Assembly: GCA_963706575.1 (NCBI GenBank)
Contig: CAVPNL010000005.1
Span: 128,001-192,000, forward strand
Length of the DNA stretch: 64,000 nucleotides
Direction: 5' to 3'
Source: an uncultured delta proteobacterium
GTDB taxonomy: Bacteria; Desulfobacterota; Desulfobacteria; Desulfobacterales; JAHEIW01
The notes under the pieces are model-generated. The model was not told where the DNA came from, made no database searches, and saw nothing but the letters and a program-made list of their open reading frames with translations. Shown here in pieces: positions 1 through 8,751 of this stretch (position 1 is the first letter of the stretch; every line of letters begins with the position of its first letter). The position numbers and the translations under genes are program-made.

Positions 1-1
1 G

Positions 2-253
2 GTTTACGCCGTGCGGCAGAATCCTGTGCTGTATGCCAATCTGCTGGCCGCCTTGGAAGATAAAGACCTTGAAGCCTTTCAGCCCCAGGATATCTATCTT
101 TTAATTTATAATTTAGGCAACGGAACCGGTATTTTTTATCGAGGCAGCTGGGTTTGGAAAGGCAGGTTGATATTTTTTCTCAAAGATTATATCGATCGCA
201 AATTTATGCGCAAATTTCAGGTTTCCGGTGAAACGGCCGAGGCTGCAGCATGA
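2..253 (+). CDS. 3' end of FAD/NAD(P)-dependent oxidoreductase (NDH-2/SelD-N-terminal-like), truncated by window edge
   Basis: Frame open from window start; VYAVRQNPVLYANL...LKDYIDRKFMRKF resembles the C-terminus of this flavoprotein family. Confidence 0.65.
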   Translation, partial: VYAVRQNPVLYANLLAALEDKDLEAFQPQDIYLLIYNLGNGTGIFYRGSWVWKGRLIFFLKDYIDRKFMRKFQVSGETAEAAA

Positions 254-427
254 TGCCCGATGCCGATATCACAAACTTTTTATAGCCCTCTATTCCGCAG
301 CGCGATGTCAAAACAACCCGTATTCCAATATTCCATCATTCCAATTTTAGAGAAATCATTTTCAGGATATTGATAACGTCAACTATCAGCATTATGTTCC
401 TTAATTATAACCTATAGGGAGGTTCCC

Positions 428-1264
428 ATGATCAGTCTGAAAAAGCTTTTTACACCAGTAAAATCCATCAACAGAGAAGAAGCCAAAAAGTTTATGGCCG
501 GAAAATCGGAAGGCGATTACACTCTTCTGGATGTGCGTCAGCCGGGTGAATATGAAGCCGAGCACATTCCCGGCGCTAAGCTCATCCCCCTCCCGGGCTT
601 AAAGGATGGACTACGTCAGCTGGATAAACAAAAGCCGGTCCTTGTTTACTGTGCGAGCGGCGGTCGCAGCCTGGCGGCGGCGCAGCTATTATCCGGCCTG
701 GACTTTAACGTAATCTACAATCTTCAGGGCGGCATCAAAGCCTGGCAGGGTCAGAAGGCTTCGGGGCCGAAAGAGTTAAACCTTGAGCTGGTGCGCGGCG
801 ATGAAAAACCGGCTGAGATGATCGCACTGGCCTATGGCATGGAGATGGGACTCGGAATCGTATACCTTAATATGATTGAACGATCTGATGATCCTGAGGT
901 TAAAAGTTTACTGGCAAAGCTGGCCGACATCGAGACCCTCCATAAAAAAAGACTTCTTGAAATACTTGCCGCGATCGATTCTGCGATCAGCGACACGGAT
1001 GCTTATGAGGCGGAACTCCGGTCGTCGATTCTCGAGGGCGGTTTTGGTCTGGATGATTTCATCAAAGAAAATGAATCTTTTTTTGGCTCCGTGCAGGGTG
1101 TTCTCGATCTGGCGATGATGCTGGAAACCCAGGCGTTGGACCTATACCTGCGATTCGCTGAGAAAAGTGGCGATGAACGAACGCAAAAGGTACTTTTTTC
1201 CATCGCAGATGAAGAAAAAGCCCATCTCGGTTCCCTGGGGGATTTGATGGATAAAAAGATTTGA
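428..1264 (+). CDS. Rhodanese domain plus ferritin-like (rubrerythrin-type) domain protein
   Basis: LLDVRQPGEY...HIPGA...YCASGGRS rhodanese motifs; C-terminal ETLH and EEKAH (ExxH) motifs; GGGAGG RBS. Confidence 0.85.
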   Translation: MISLKKLFTPVKSINREEAKKFMAGKSEGDYTLLDVRQPGEYEAEHIPGAKLIPLPGLKDGLRQLDKQKPVLVYCASGGRSLAAAQLLSGLDFNVIYNLQGGIKAWQGQKASGPKELNLELVRGDEKPAEMIALAYGMEMGLGIVYLNMIERSDDPEVKSLLAKLADIETLHKKRLLEILAAIDSAISDTDAYEAELRSSILEGGFGLDDFIKENESFFGSVQGVLDLAMMLETQALDLYLRFAEKSGDERTQKVLFSIADEEKAHLGSLGDLMDKKI

Positions 1265-2257
1265 TCACAAAACTGCGTTCATGCGCTTCAAGTCTTCCTT
1301 TTTGCCAATCACGACAATCACATCGCCGGCTTCAAGTTTTTCTGAAGGCGTTGGGTTGAATACCATGTCTCCGGATTGCTTTTTGATGGCAACAATGATG
1401 ACACCGTAATCTTTGCGCAGATGGCTGTCGATCAGGTTTTTGCCGATCAGGCTGGAATTGTCTCCGATTTTGGCTTCTTCCATCATCAGCCCAAGATGCG
1501 ATCCCATCATGGCAATATCAATAAAGTCCACCACAGTTGGTTTTTTCAGCATTTGGGCAATACGCCGTCCGCCGATCAGGTAAGGTGATACGACCCGGTT
1601 TGCGCCGGCTCGGAAAAGTTTGGCTTCGTTTTTTTCTTCAGAAGCCCGGGCCAGGACAAAAACATCGGGACGAAGACTCTTGGCGGTCATCGTAATAAAT
1701 ACGTTATTGGCATCCGAATTAACGGCGGTAACAATTCCTTTGGCCTCCATTATCCCGGCCTGCATCAGCGCTTCTTCAGTTGTTGCATCCATCTCAATGT
1801 AAAGGTATTTTCGGGATTCGATATACTCGATGACTGACGGCTCCTGTTCGATGACGACAAAATCAATATCGTCGGCATCCAGTTCGCTGCAGATTATTCG
1901 GCCGATGCGCCCGAATCCGCAGATGATAAAATGATTTTTTAATCCGGAAACCTGTTTTTGCACTTTTCTCCTCCCAAAAATTTTGACCAGCTCACCTTCC
2001 ACAAGGGCCCTGACCAGCATGCCAATCGTGTAAGCACCGACACTGATGCCCAGGACGATGATAACAACTGTTATGGAGCGCCCGACATGGGAAAGGGGGA
2101 TAACCTCCGAGAAACCAACCGTGGATAGCGTGATGATGGTCATGTAAAACGCTTCAAAAAGCGGCATGTGTTCAATGAAATAGTATCCAAAAGTGCCGAA
2201 GGCAATAATTCCGAACAACATCAGCAGCGCATATCGCAGTCTTTTCGTGTCCATCAT
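1265..2257 (-). CDS. Potassium channel protein (2TM pore + TrkA_N/RCK_N + TrkA_C/RCK_C)
   Basis: TLSTVGFS filter-like motif, CGFGRIG Rossmann motif, C-terminal IIVAIKK...FNP...GDVIVVIG RCK_C. Confidence 0.9.
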   Translation of the reverse strand: MMDTKRLRYALLMLFGIIAFGTFGYYFIEHMPLFEAFYMTIITLSTVGFSEVIPLSHVGRSITVVIIVLGISVGAYTIGMLVRALVEGELVKIFGRRKVQKQVSGLKNHFIICGFGRIGRIICSELDADDIDFVVIEQEPSVIEYIESRKYLYIEMDATTEEALMQAGIMEAKGIVTAVNSDANNVFITMTAKSLRPDVFVLARASEEKNEAKLFRAGANRVVSPYLIGGRRIAQMLKKPTVVDFIDIAMMGSHLGLMMEEAKIGDNSSLIGKNLIDSHLRKDYGVIIVAIKKQSGDMVFNPTPSEKLEAGDVIVVIGKKEDLKRMNAVL

Positions 2258-2342
2258 AACTCAAATAATAGCAGATACCTCAAAAAAATAAAAATTAAAC
2301 TTTCGGTTCCAATGAAAGATTATTTGCGGGGCCTTAAAATTG

Positions 2343-2372
2343 CAGCGGCAGAGCCTAAAGGCTCTGCCGCTG
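2343..2372. terminator. Strong hairpin downstream of HU gene (probable terminator)
   Basis: CAGCGGCAGAGCC-TAAA-GGCTCTGCCGCTG perfect 13-bp stem; U-tract weak. Confidence 0.55.
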
Positions 2373-2446
2373 ATATCACGAGATGGCTATAATGAAGATC
2401 CTGATTTAAAATCGTTTTTTAAACGATACGTAAACAGGCCAATGGC

Positions 2447-2716
2447 CTAATTAAGGAAATCTTTTAATGTTTTACTGGCAACAAACTTGGGCGCCTTGGA
2501 TGCTTTAATTTTTATTGCCTCGCCGGTCTTGGGATTTCGGCCCTTTCGCGCTTTTCTTTTTGTAACTTTGAAGCTGCCAAATCCCGCAATGGTGACCGAG
2601 CTGCCCTTCTTGATGGCTTTGGGGATGCATTTAAATACACAATCTACGGCGGCCTGCGCTTCCTTTTTGGTGCTGACAACTTTGGCGACTTCGCTGATAA
2701 GATCTGCTTTGTTCAT
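2447..2716 (-). CDS. hup: HU family DNA-binding protein
   Basis: MNKADLI...GFGSFKV..RKARKGRNPKTGEAIKI signature; AAGGAG RBS. Confidence 0.95.
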   Translation of the reverse strand: MNKADLISEVAKVVSTKKEAQAAVDCVFKCIPKAIKKGSSVTIAGFGSFKVTKRKARKGRNPKTGEAIKIKASKAPKFVASKTLKDFLN

Positions 2717-2753
2717 TTAATTCTCCTTTCGCAAATTTGAGTTTTACACTCGC

Positions 2754-2951
2754 TTAAAGGCTGTTTTTACAGAGGGGACAAAATTTTCGAGGTGTGCCTC
2801 TTCCAATCCAATGAAAATTGATAATGTGGCGTTCGCCACATTTTGGACAGATACACTCGACTGCAGTTTTGTTGGGATCCGATCGCTCGCCCAGTTCCTT
2901 CTCTGTCATGCTGAGTGGCCCTTCATTTTCCATCCTAATTTTTTCTCCCAA
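2754..2951 (-). CDS. Small putative zinc-ribbon protein
   Basis: CICPKC...FCPLC cysteine pairs; abuts dksA; start may be the second Met. Confidence 0.6.
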   Translation of the reverse strand: MGEKIRMENEGPLSMTEKELGERSDPNKTAVECICPKCGERHIINFHWIGRGTPRKFCPLCKNSL

Positions 2952-2954
2952 ACT

Positions 2955-3317
2955 TCAGGTGCCCATTATTTTTTCCAAAGCTTCCTGTTTGGTTTTACAT
3001 TGTATGCAATGCCTGGCAATCGGCCTTGCCTTCAGACGCGCCAACGTGATTTCTCTACCGCAATCTTCACAGATGCCATAATCTCCATTTTCGATGTCCT
3101 CTAAAGAATCGCGAATTTTTTTGATAAGCATGCTTTCACGGTCACGGATACGAAGAGCAGTACTCCTGTCGGATTCAAAAGAGGCACAATCCAGAAAATC
3201 GGCCGAAATCGCTTCGACGTTTAACAACCCTTCAACCGTATTGATCGCAGAATGTTTCAATTCTTCCAACCAGGCTGTTAAAAGGTTTTTAAAGTATTCC
3301 AATTCGTTTTCTTCCAT
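2955..3317 (-). CDS. dksA: RNA polymerase-binding protein DksA
   Basis: Coiled coil with DFLD tip, LRIRDRESMLIKKI, YGICEDC...RLKARP...CIQCK C4 zinc finger; start set at MEENEL. Confidence 0.9.
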   Translation of the reverse strand: MEENELEYFKNLLTAWLEELKHSAINTVEGLLNVEAISADFLDCASFESDRSTALRIRDRESMLIKKIRDSLEDIENGDYGICEDCGREITLARLKARPIARHCIQCKTKQEALEKIMGT

Positions 3318-3336
3318 TTTCAGAAGTCCCATCTGT

Positions 3337-3519
3337 TTAATTTTCAAAAAGGAAGTCATCTTCCGGAAGCAAATCTTTTGAACTCGAGATGTTTTCATCA
3401 TCAACCGGATCTATCTCATCATCATAAGAGAAATCGGATCCGTATAGATCTTCGAAGCCGAATTCTATTGCGGGATCCAGTGAGAATCTGGAAAGATATT
3501 TCCTGTCAGAATCATACAT
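3337..3519 (-). CDS. Small highly acidic hypothetical protein (60 aa)
   Basis: AGGAGG RBS before ATG; D/E-rich; co-oriented with neighbours. Confidence 0.55.
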   Translation of the reverse strand: MYDSDRKYLSRFSLDPAIEFGFEDLYGSDFSYDDEIDPVDDENISSSKDLLPEDDFLFEN

Positions 3520-3531
3520 GGTTCTTCCCTC

Positions 3532-3744
3532 CTAAAATTCAAAATCATATTTAACTGCAATACGGTAATTTCGTTTGCGGTCTTTCTGTTTTTTTTCCTC
3601 TTGAAAATCCTTTGTCCTGAATCTTTCTTTGCGACGCATCGGACTTCGCTTGGGTTCGTTTAAACCAGAGCCGCTGTAATTGTCAGGTTCATCATATGAT
3701 TCATCTAATTCGTCTCTATTCCGAAAGTATGTTTCTTTTTTCAC
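3532..3744 (-). CDS. Small charged hypothetical protein (70 aa)
   Basis: GTG start after AAAGAGAG; stop adjoins RBS of next gene. Confidence 0.5.
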   Translation of the reverse strand: MKKETYFRNRDELDESYDEPDNYSGSGLNEPKRSPMRRKERFRTKDFQEEKKQKDRKRNYRIAVKYDFEF

Positions 3745-3809
3745 CTGGTCTCTCTTTCAGTCGACTTGAATAATTTTCAGCCGAATACCTTGTTGGGTCC
3801 AAGACGTTT

Positions 3810-3853
3810 TTAACTTGATAATTCCCTGCAGCTTGCTGCAGGGAGGTTCATTA
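3810..3853. repeat. 44-bp hairpin repeat, IS200/IS605-end-like (copy 1)
   Basis: TTAACTTGATAATTCCCTGCAGCTTGCTGCAGGGAGGTTCATTA; 42/44 identical to 40702-40745. Confidence 0.75.
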
Positions 3854-3865
3854 ACAAAAAAATGA

Positions 3866-4168
3866 TTAGACTTCCTTTACACTCGTCACGCTATTCTCCG
3901 GCTCATCATTTATGATCTGGTACTGTCGAACACTGAGAATTGCCCGACCATTCAGTTGTTCTCTGAGTTTACCCTGAACCGACACTTTCTTATACGTCAG
4001 ATTCAATAATTCCTTGCCGGCGCCGCTGAAGTCGATCTGATATTCTTTCTGGTTGTCCGTATGGATGGCAATTCGGGCCGGTTTGCCCCGTTCGTTCCAT
4101 CTCGATGGCAAGATGATTCCTATTACGGGTGGTGGAGCGGATTTCTTCTTGTGGTTTTTGATGTGCAA
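3866..4168 (-). CDS. Small basic OB-fold-like hypothetical protein, paralog of 8206-8442
   Basis: GIILPSRWNERG...EYQI...KVSVQG aligns with GIIIPAKWDNKG...EYLI...EVKIKG; GAGGTG RBS before TTG. Confidence 0.7.
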   Translation of the reverse strand: MHIKNHKKKSAPPPVIGIILPSRWNERGKPARIAIHTDNQKEYQIDFSGAGKELLNLTYKKVSVQGKLREQLNGRAILSVRQYQIINDEPENSVTSVKEV

Positions 4169-4233
4169 AGTTCACCTCGATGTGAATATAGTATCTATAG
4201 TTTGCAGAGGATAAAACGGTGAAATGGCTATTT

Positions 4234-4521
4234 TTATTCCGGAATAGCTTTAAATGACTTCACTGTAATTATTTTCATCTCATCTTCTTCTTTGACGGTT
4301 CCGGTTACCTGCACTTTTACAGCGATATAGTTAAATACCAAGTCATCGCCCTTCGGCGTATTGGCAACCTCATAGATTTGACCATCCGCCACGATCTGAT
4401 GGGCATCATTCACCTCGCCGACAATGGTAATATCGCCTGCGAAGGATATATATGAAAAAAATAAAAACGCTACCGTAATGCACAAAAGACCGGCAAATAT
4501 GATTTTATTTCGTTCTTGCAT
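4234..4521 (-). CDS. Small exported OB-fold-like protein, paralog of 7858-8145
   Basis: Signal-peptide-like N-terminus; ITIVGEVND...KVQVTGTVKE...KIITVKSFK. Confidence 0.75.
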   Translation of the reverse strand: MQERNKIIFAGLLCITVAFLFFSYISFAGDITIVGEVNDAHQIVADGQIYEVANTPKGDDLVFNYIAVKVQVTGTVKEEDEMKIITVKSFKAIPE

Positions 4522-4620
4522 TGGAAAATTTTCTCATTATTCCATTTTTAGATGAGCGAGCTCAGGTGCAAGTCTGTCTCCTGTTTGAAGCATGAGCGGA
4601 CATCATCCGGACGAATATAT

Positions 4621-4636
4621 AGCAACTGTTGTGCCA
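4621..4636 (-). promoter_or_regulatory. Sigma-54 promoter (-24/-12)
   Basis: TGGCAC-AACAG-TTGCT on minus strand; IHF-like TTTCAGTAAGTTA at 4643-4655. Confidence 0.85.
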
Positions 4637-4690
4637 ATTTTATAACTTACTGAAATTACGTTTAAAAATAATATTTTTAAGCAAAAATGG

Positions 4691-4833
4691 GGAACCGGTT
4701 GTTCCGAAAACAGTTGCGGAGTAAGGCAATGCGGGGGCAACGGGAAAGGATATTATCTAAGCTTTTGGAATAATTGATAATAAAATCGGAATCCTAAATT
4801 CCGATTTTATATCAGGTAGGAATTGAAAGTTCC
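4691..4833. promoter_or_regulatory. Three GGAA-N7-TTCC palindromes (putative activator sites)
   Basis: 4691-4705 GGAACCGGTTGTTCC, 4788-4802 GGAATCCTAAATTCC, 4819-4833 GGAATTGAAAGTTCC. Confidence 0.75.
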
Positions 4834-4839
4834 TGTAAA

Positions 4840-6102
4840 CTAAAGGGTCACACCAAAAAAATTGGCTAGCATAATATTCAGCCATCTGCGGAGTACGGCA
4901 TAGGCGTAATGCCGTGAAGCCACCTCATAATTGGTATTTACCATTTTTGTCCGACGATCCGGTGATTCCAGAACTTCTTTGACGGTTAACACCGTTTTGC
5001 CCGTCAGGTATCCATCCATAACGATTAAATCAAATCCTTTCGGCTCGATATCCTGCACAAACGTAGCATAGCGGTTGATCAGCAGCGGTTTTTTAAAATA
5101 AACGGCCTCTAAAAATGCATTACCGAAACCCTCATATAAACTCGGGTAGGTAATCAAATCGGCGTGCGGATAAACATCCCAGAGCGAACAGGTTTCTTTG
5201 TCGTTCACATCCGGATTCATCGGATCGGACATATGGATGTTGACCAGGCGCAGATCAACACCGCGTTGTCTGGCGTCTTCTTTGAGCCATTCTAAATACT
5301 CCCATCCTTCATCGCCGGCTTCATGGGATATAATCAGTTTATAGCGTGGATCATTTAGTTTTTCGACCAATTCGATGGCATGCTCGATACCCTTGCGCTG
5401 AATGATTCGGGTGGGTTGTAATATCTTAACATCATCCGTTTGCAACCCGATGGATTGCCAGAAGGCGTCGGTGTGCCTTTCGTTGATTTGGGGTGGATTT
5501 TCAAAATCGAGCACGTTGGGGATGATAATGGAGGATATTCCTGTGCGCAGGGCGAGTTCTTCCTGTGCGGCCGAATTGATGACCACATGTTCAATAGTGG
5601 GCAGTTTCGGCGGAAACGCCATTCTGAGATAATCGCCGACGGCATTGACCGCAAAGCGGGTCCTTTCCCAGTAAAAATCATGATGGTGGGCAATGGTGGC
5701 AATCTGAGTCTCTGCAATTATTTCGGTCAGCGCAATACCCAGAGGGATGTGAATTGGAATGGTCAGGATATTTTCAGCTACCAGAAGATCGATCTCAAAT
5801 GTTCGGATAAATTCTTTAAGCTGTTTTTTTAGATGGGTTTTTAAATCGTAAATCGCGTCGGTAACAGCTGAATCGCGTCTATTTTTGCCGAATATCTGCG
5901 AGTTGATCCATTTGTTTTTTTCATGCTGAAAAAATGCTTCGGGAACCAGAAAGCTGCGCTCCGGACTGCGGTCCAGCAACCCTCCGAACCAGAAATAGCG
6001 ATGTCCACATTGCTTGAAAACTGAGGCCCATTTACTGGCTTCTAAGGTAACCCCATCTGTTCCCGCAAAACGGGTTGATACGAATCCGATATTTTTTTGC
6101 AT
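4840..6102 (-). CDS. GT4 family glycosyltransferase (mannosylglucosylglycerate-synthase-like)
   Basis: GFVSTRFAGTDGVTLE N-terminus, HHHDFYWER, PTRIIQRKGIE, YPSLYEGFGNAFLEA GT-B motif. Confidence 0.8.
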   Translation of the reverse strand: MQKNIGFVSTRFAGTDGVTLEASKWASVFKQCGHRYFWFGGLLDRSPERSFLVPEAFFQHEKNKWINSQIFGKNRRDSAVTDAIYDLKTHLKKQLKEFIRTFEIDLLVAENILTIPIHIPLGIALTEIIAETQIATIAHHHDFYWERTRFAVNAVGDYLRMAFPPKLPTIEHVVINSAAQEELALRTGISSIIIPNVLDFENPPQINERHTDAFWQSIGLQTDDVKILQPTRIIQRKGIEHAIELVEKLNDPRYKLIISHEAGDEGWEYLEWLKEDARQRGVDLRLVNIHMSDPMNPDVNDKETCSLWDVYPHADLITYPSLYEGFGNAFLEAVYFKKPLLINRYATFVQDIEPKGFDLIVMDGYLTGKTVLTVKEVLESPDRRTKMVNTNYEVASRHYAYAVLRRWLNIMLANFFGVTL

Positions 6103-6341
6103 CGTTTAAGGTCGACCTCCTTTTTCAATCTGCCGGTTGCGGGCGGGTATTCCTTATTTCCCGTTTACGAATACAATGTATTATCATATAATTAAACTTT
6201 ATGTTGAAAAAATTCGGTTAAGGCCTCGTTTATGTTAATTTTGGAAGGCACCCAAGTCAATACGAAAGGATTCGCGTTTTTATGTTATTTCGTGAAAGCG
6301 ACATTGTAAAAATTAAACGGATGATGACATCCAGGTGGTTG

Positions 6342-7385
6342 ATGAACAAACGATTTGCTTTCATACTATCTGTTTTCCTAGCATTTGGCGCTGTATACGG
6401 TAACGCTGAGGTTGCCGATGATTATTCACGCCTTCTTGAACTTATTCAACTCGATGATCAACAACAGCCGCTGTACGTTTTTAATGATTTTGAGGAAGAA
6501 TTCGATAAGGCCTGTCATCGGGCAACGCGACAGTATTTTAAAGAACATCCCGGTTTGATTCAGCGCATTAAAGCTAAACTTGAAGGCGGAAAGCTGCGGT
6601 GGAAACTCAGAAATCTGAAACATCGGCTGCTGTTTGTACCTGAAAACCGAACCGAATACGCCGCCCTCTACAAAAACTATTGCCTCGATGTCATCGATAC
6701 GATTCTGGACAAAACAGGATTCGATAATCCCTATGACAGCATTCAAACCTTAAGCCGCAGCAAACCTGTACGTCATGAAAAAAATGAGGGCGTCACTGCC
6801 TATATCGTTCATAATCTGGCCAAAGAATATGTCGGCACCTATATTTTTTCGAATCAAACCGATAAAAAAGCAAAAATTGAACTGGAAGGTAAACTCTATA
6901 GCGGTGATGTCGGCGCCTATACGAGCACCTTAATTATGAACGAAAACGGAACCATAGAATTCCTTAAAGACAAATATACCATCTGGCAAAACAGCGCCGC
7001 TAACCCTTACACGGCGTTAATGGTACCAGCTGAAGAGACCTTGCACATTACATTAAGAGGGTTCACCGAGAGCGCCATTGAACAGGCCCTTGAGCAGAGA
7101 CATCACAACAGCTTAAAAATCATGGAAAAAATTGTGGAAGACTGGATGGCTGTTGAAGAGGCGATTGTCGGGGGCATCGTCTATCAGCTGTTGCCGCATA
7201 TCCTGGAAGAACACTTCAAGGATCTGTCGGCGTCCCACATCGAAAAGGATATTTTAGCTAAACGCCAATTTGAAAAATATCGACATCTGGCAAAAGGAAT
7301 CACTGTTGTAGAGGAAATCGGTTATAGGGAAGCCATCCGGATGTATTCAAAAGATCCGGCGGCATTCAGAGACCTTCTGTTATAA
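6342..7385 (+). CDS. Exported hypothetical protein
   Basis: Long ORF; signal-peptide-like MNKRFAFILSVFLAFGAVYGNA after AGGTGG RBS. Confidence 0.7.
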   Translation: MNKRFAFILSVFLAFGAVYGNAEVADDYSRLLELIQLDDQQQPLYVFNDFEEEFDKACHRATRQYFKEHPGLIQRIKAKLEGGKLRWKLRNLKHRLLFVPENRTEYAALYKNYCLDVIDTILDKTGFDNPYDSIQTLSRSKPVRHEKNEGVTAYIVHNLAKEYVGTYIFSNQTDKKAKIELEGKLYSGDVGAYTSTLIMNENGTIEFLKDKYTIWQNSAANPYTALMVPAEETLHITLRGFTESAIEQALEQRHHNSLKIMEKIVEDWMAVEEAIVGGIVYQLLPHILEEHFKDLSASHIEKDILAKRQFEKYRHLAKGITVVEEIGYREAIRMYSKDPAAFRDLLL

Positions 7386-7423
7386 TCGGGTCCGCACGGA
7401 TCCGCCTTCATCGATTAAAATTC

Positions 7424-7786
7424 TTACGCGGCCTTATCTGCGGTTCTTTTAATATCAACCCAACCGCTGTCTTTGTGGAAACAACCCTCAAACAGAATCA
7501 TTTGCGGGAAATTATCTAAGGAGTTAAAGTCCCTAACTGACACATCACTGATGACGGCATCCTTGGGATCGAAAATCCTTATTTCAAATTTGCGTTTTTC
7601 TGTTGTTGGTCGCATGACTCCCTTCAACGACCAAACCCAATCCGGGTCGAGCTTTAACTGCGTAACCAGATACATTCCAATTCGATCCGGCAAATCTTTA
7701 GGTTTCGGCAATTTTGAAGACCTCTGGTTTAAACTCTGGTCATTTTTATTATCAGTTTTCCAGAATTTCCAGTTCATCAGTTTCAT
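7424..7786 (-). CDS. Hypothetical protein
   Basis: 120-aa ORF with AAAGGA RBS; globular-looking PKDLP...DPDWVWSLK...IRIFDP core. Confidence 0.7.
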   Translation of the reverse strand: MKLMNWKFWKTDNKNDQSLNQRSSKLPKPKDLPDRIGMYLVTQLKLDPDWVWSLKGVMRPTTEKRKFEIRIFDPKDAVISDVSVRDFNSLDNFPQMILFEGCFHKDSGWVDIKRTADKAA

Positions 7787-7812
7787 CTCGTTTTTCCTTT
7801 TGATGTCTTGAC

Positions 7813-7843
7813 AAAAGAGAGGGGGACCTCCCCCCTCTCTTTT
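7813..7843. terminator. Intrinsic (bidirectional) terminator
   Basis: AAAAGAGAGGGGG-ACCTC-CCCCCTCTCTTTT stem with A/T tracts, 14 bp after stop of 7858-8145. Confidence 0.8.
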
Positions 7844-7857
7844 CTTAAGTTAAAATT

Positions 7858-8145
7858 TTATTCTTCAATAACTTTAAAAGACGAGATGGTTATGATCTTT
7901 GTCCCCTCAGACTCCATCACCGTCCCCTTTACGGTAACTTTACTGCCGACCATCTCCATGATCTGATCGCCTTCTTCACTTTCGGCAATATCGTAGGCCA
8001 TACCGTCATTATCGACCAGCTGACCGTCTTCGTTAATGACGCCGGAGATGCTGACTTCCGCACCGGCTATTGCGGTTCCTGAAAGAAAGACGGTTAGACC
8101 GATGATTAAAATTCCTAAAAAGATCTTCTTCATGTTTTTTTCCAT
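7858..8145 (-). CDS. Small exported acidic OB-fold-like protein, paralog of 4234-4521
   Basis: GGAGG RBS; signal peptide ending AIA; VSISGVINEDG...KVTVKGTVME...KIITISSFK. Confidence 0.75.
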   Translation of the reverse strand: MEKNMKKIFLGILIIGLTVFLSGTAIAGAEVSISGVINEDGQLVDNDGMAYDIAESEEGDQIMEMVGSKVTVKGTVMESEGTKIITISSFKVIEE

Positions 8146-8205
8146 TTTGCGTTCCTCCATGGTGCAGGTTGTTGACGTTGTCTTTAAAGACAAATTTTTG
8201 ATGTG

Positions 8206-8442
8206 TTAGACTTGGTTTTTCAGTTTGCTGAATTTTTTGACTTTAATAATCTTTTTCCCTTCTTTGGTTCGCAAGATTCCCTTTATCTTCACCTCCTGTC
8301 TTAAAAATGATTTTAATCTGGCAACCTGGTCTTTATCCCTAATCAGATACTCCTCTTCATCGCGAGCTGCGAGAACCAGGTCAACCACGTTGCCTTTATT
8401 ATCCCATTTGGCAGGAATTATGATGCCTTCTACACAGATCAT
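8206..8442 (-). CDS. Small basic OB-fold-like hypothetical protein, paralog of 3866-4168
   Basis: Start reset to MICVEG because the longer ORF start overlaps the sigma-54 promoter; similarity to 3866-4168. Confidence 0.7.
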   Translation of the reverse strand: MICVEGIIIPAKWDNKGNVVDLVLAARDEEEYLIRDKDQVARLKSFLRQEVKIKGILRTKEGKKIIKVKKFSKLKNQV

Positions 8443-8503
8443 TGTGGCCTTCAATTTGCCGTTTGCGGTCCCATTTTTAGTTGCATGCTGACACCCATGT
8501 TTC

Positions 8504-8519
8504 AGCAACCACCATGCCA
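8504..8519 (-). promoter_or_regulatory. Sigma-54 promoter (-24/-12)
   Basis: TGGCAT-GGTGG-TTGCT; IHF consensus TATCAAATAGTTA at 8526-8538. Confidence 0.85.
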
Positions 8520-8573
8520 ACTTAATAACTATTTGATATTAAATAATATATTTAATTTGACCGAATTGCGGCC

Positions 8574-8722
8574 GGAACTGCCAGTTCCCAAATTTATAAA
8601 GTGGCAACCACAGATACACATGAAAAGTGGAGAGAGAGAACACAAATGGGTGGTCTGCTAAAGGAAAATACGGACAGGAAATCTGAATTCCGAAATTAAT
8701 CGTTCTCGGAATCACCGGTTCT
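8574..8722. promoter_or_regulatory. Three GGAA-N7-TTCY palindromes (putative activator sites)
   Basis: 8574-8588 GGAACTGCCAGTTCC, 8677-8691 GGAAATCTGAATTCC, 8708-8722 GGAATCACCGGTTCT. Confidence 0.75.
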
Positions 8723-8751
8723 GATTTTAAAAAAACAGCTGCTGGAGGGGT

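Noticed and set aside
321..345. ATTCCA short repeats
   Set aside because: Too short and present once in the window; no function can be supported
8443..8520. N-terminal extension of ORF 8206-8520
   Set aside because: Overlaps the sigma-54 promoter; similarity to the paralog starts near MICVEG
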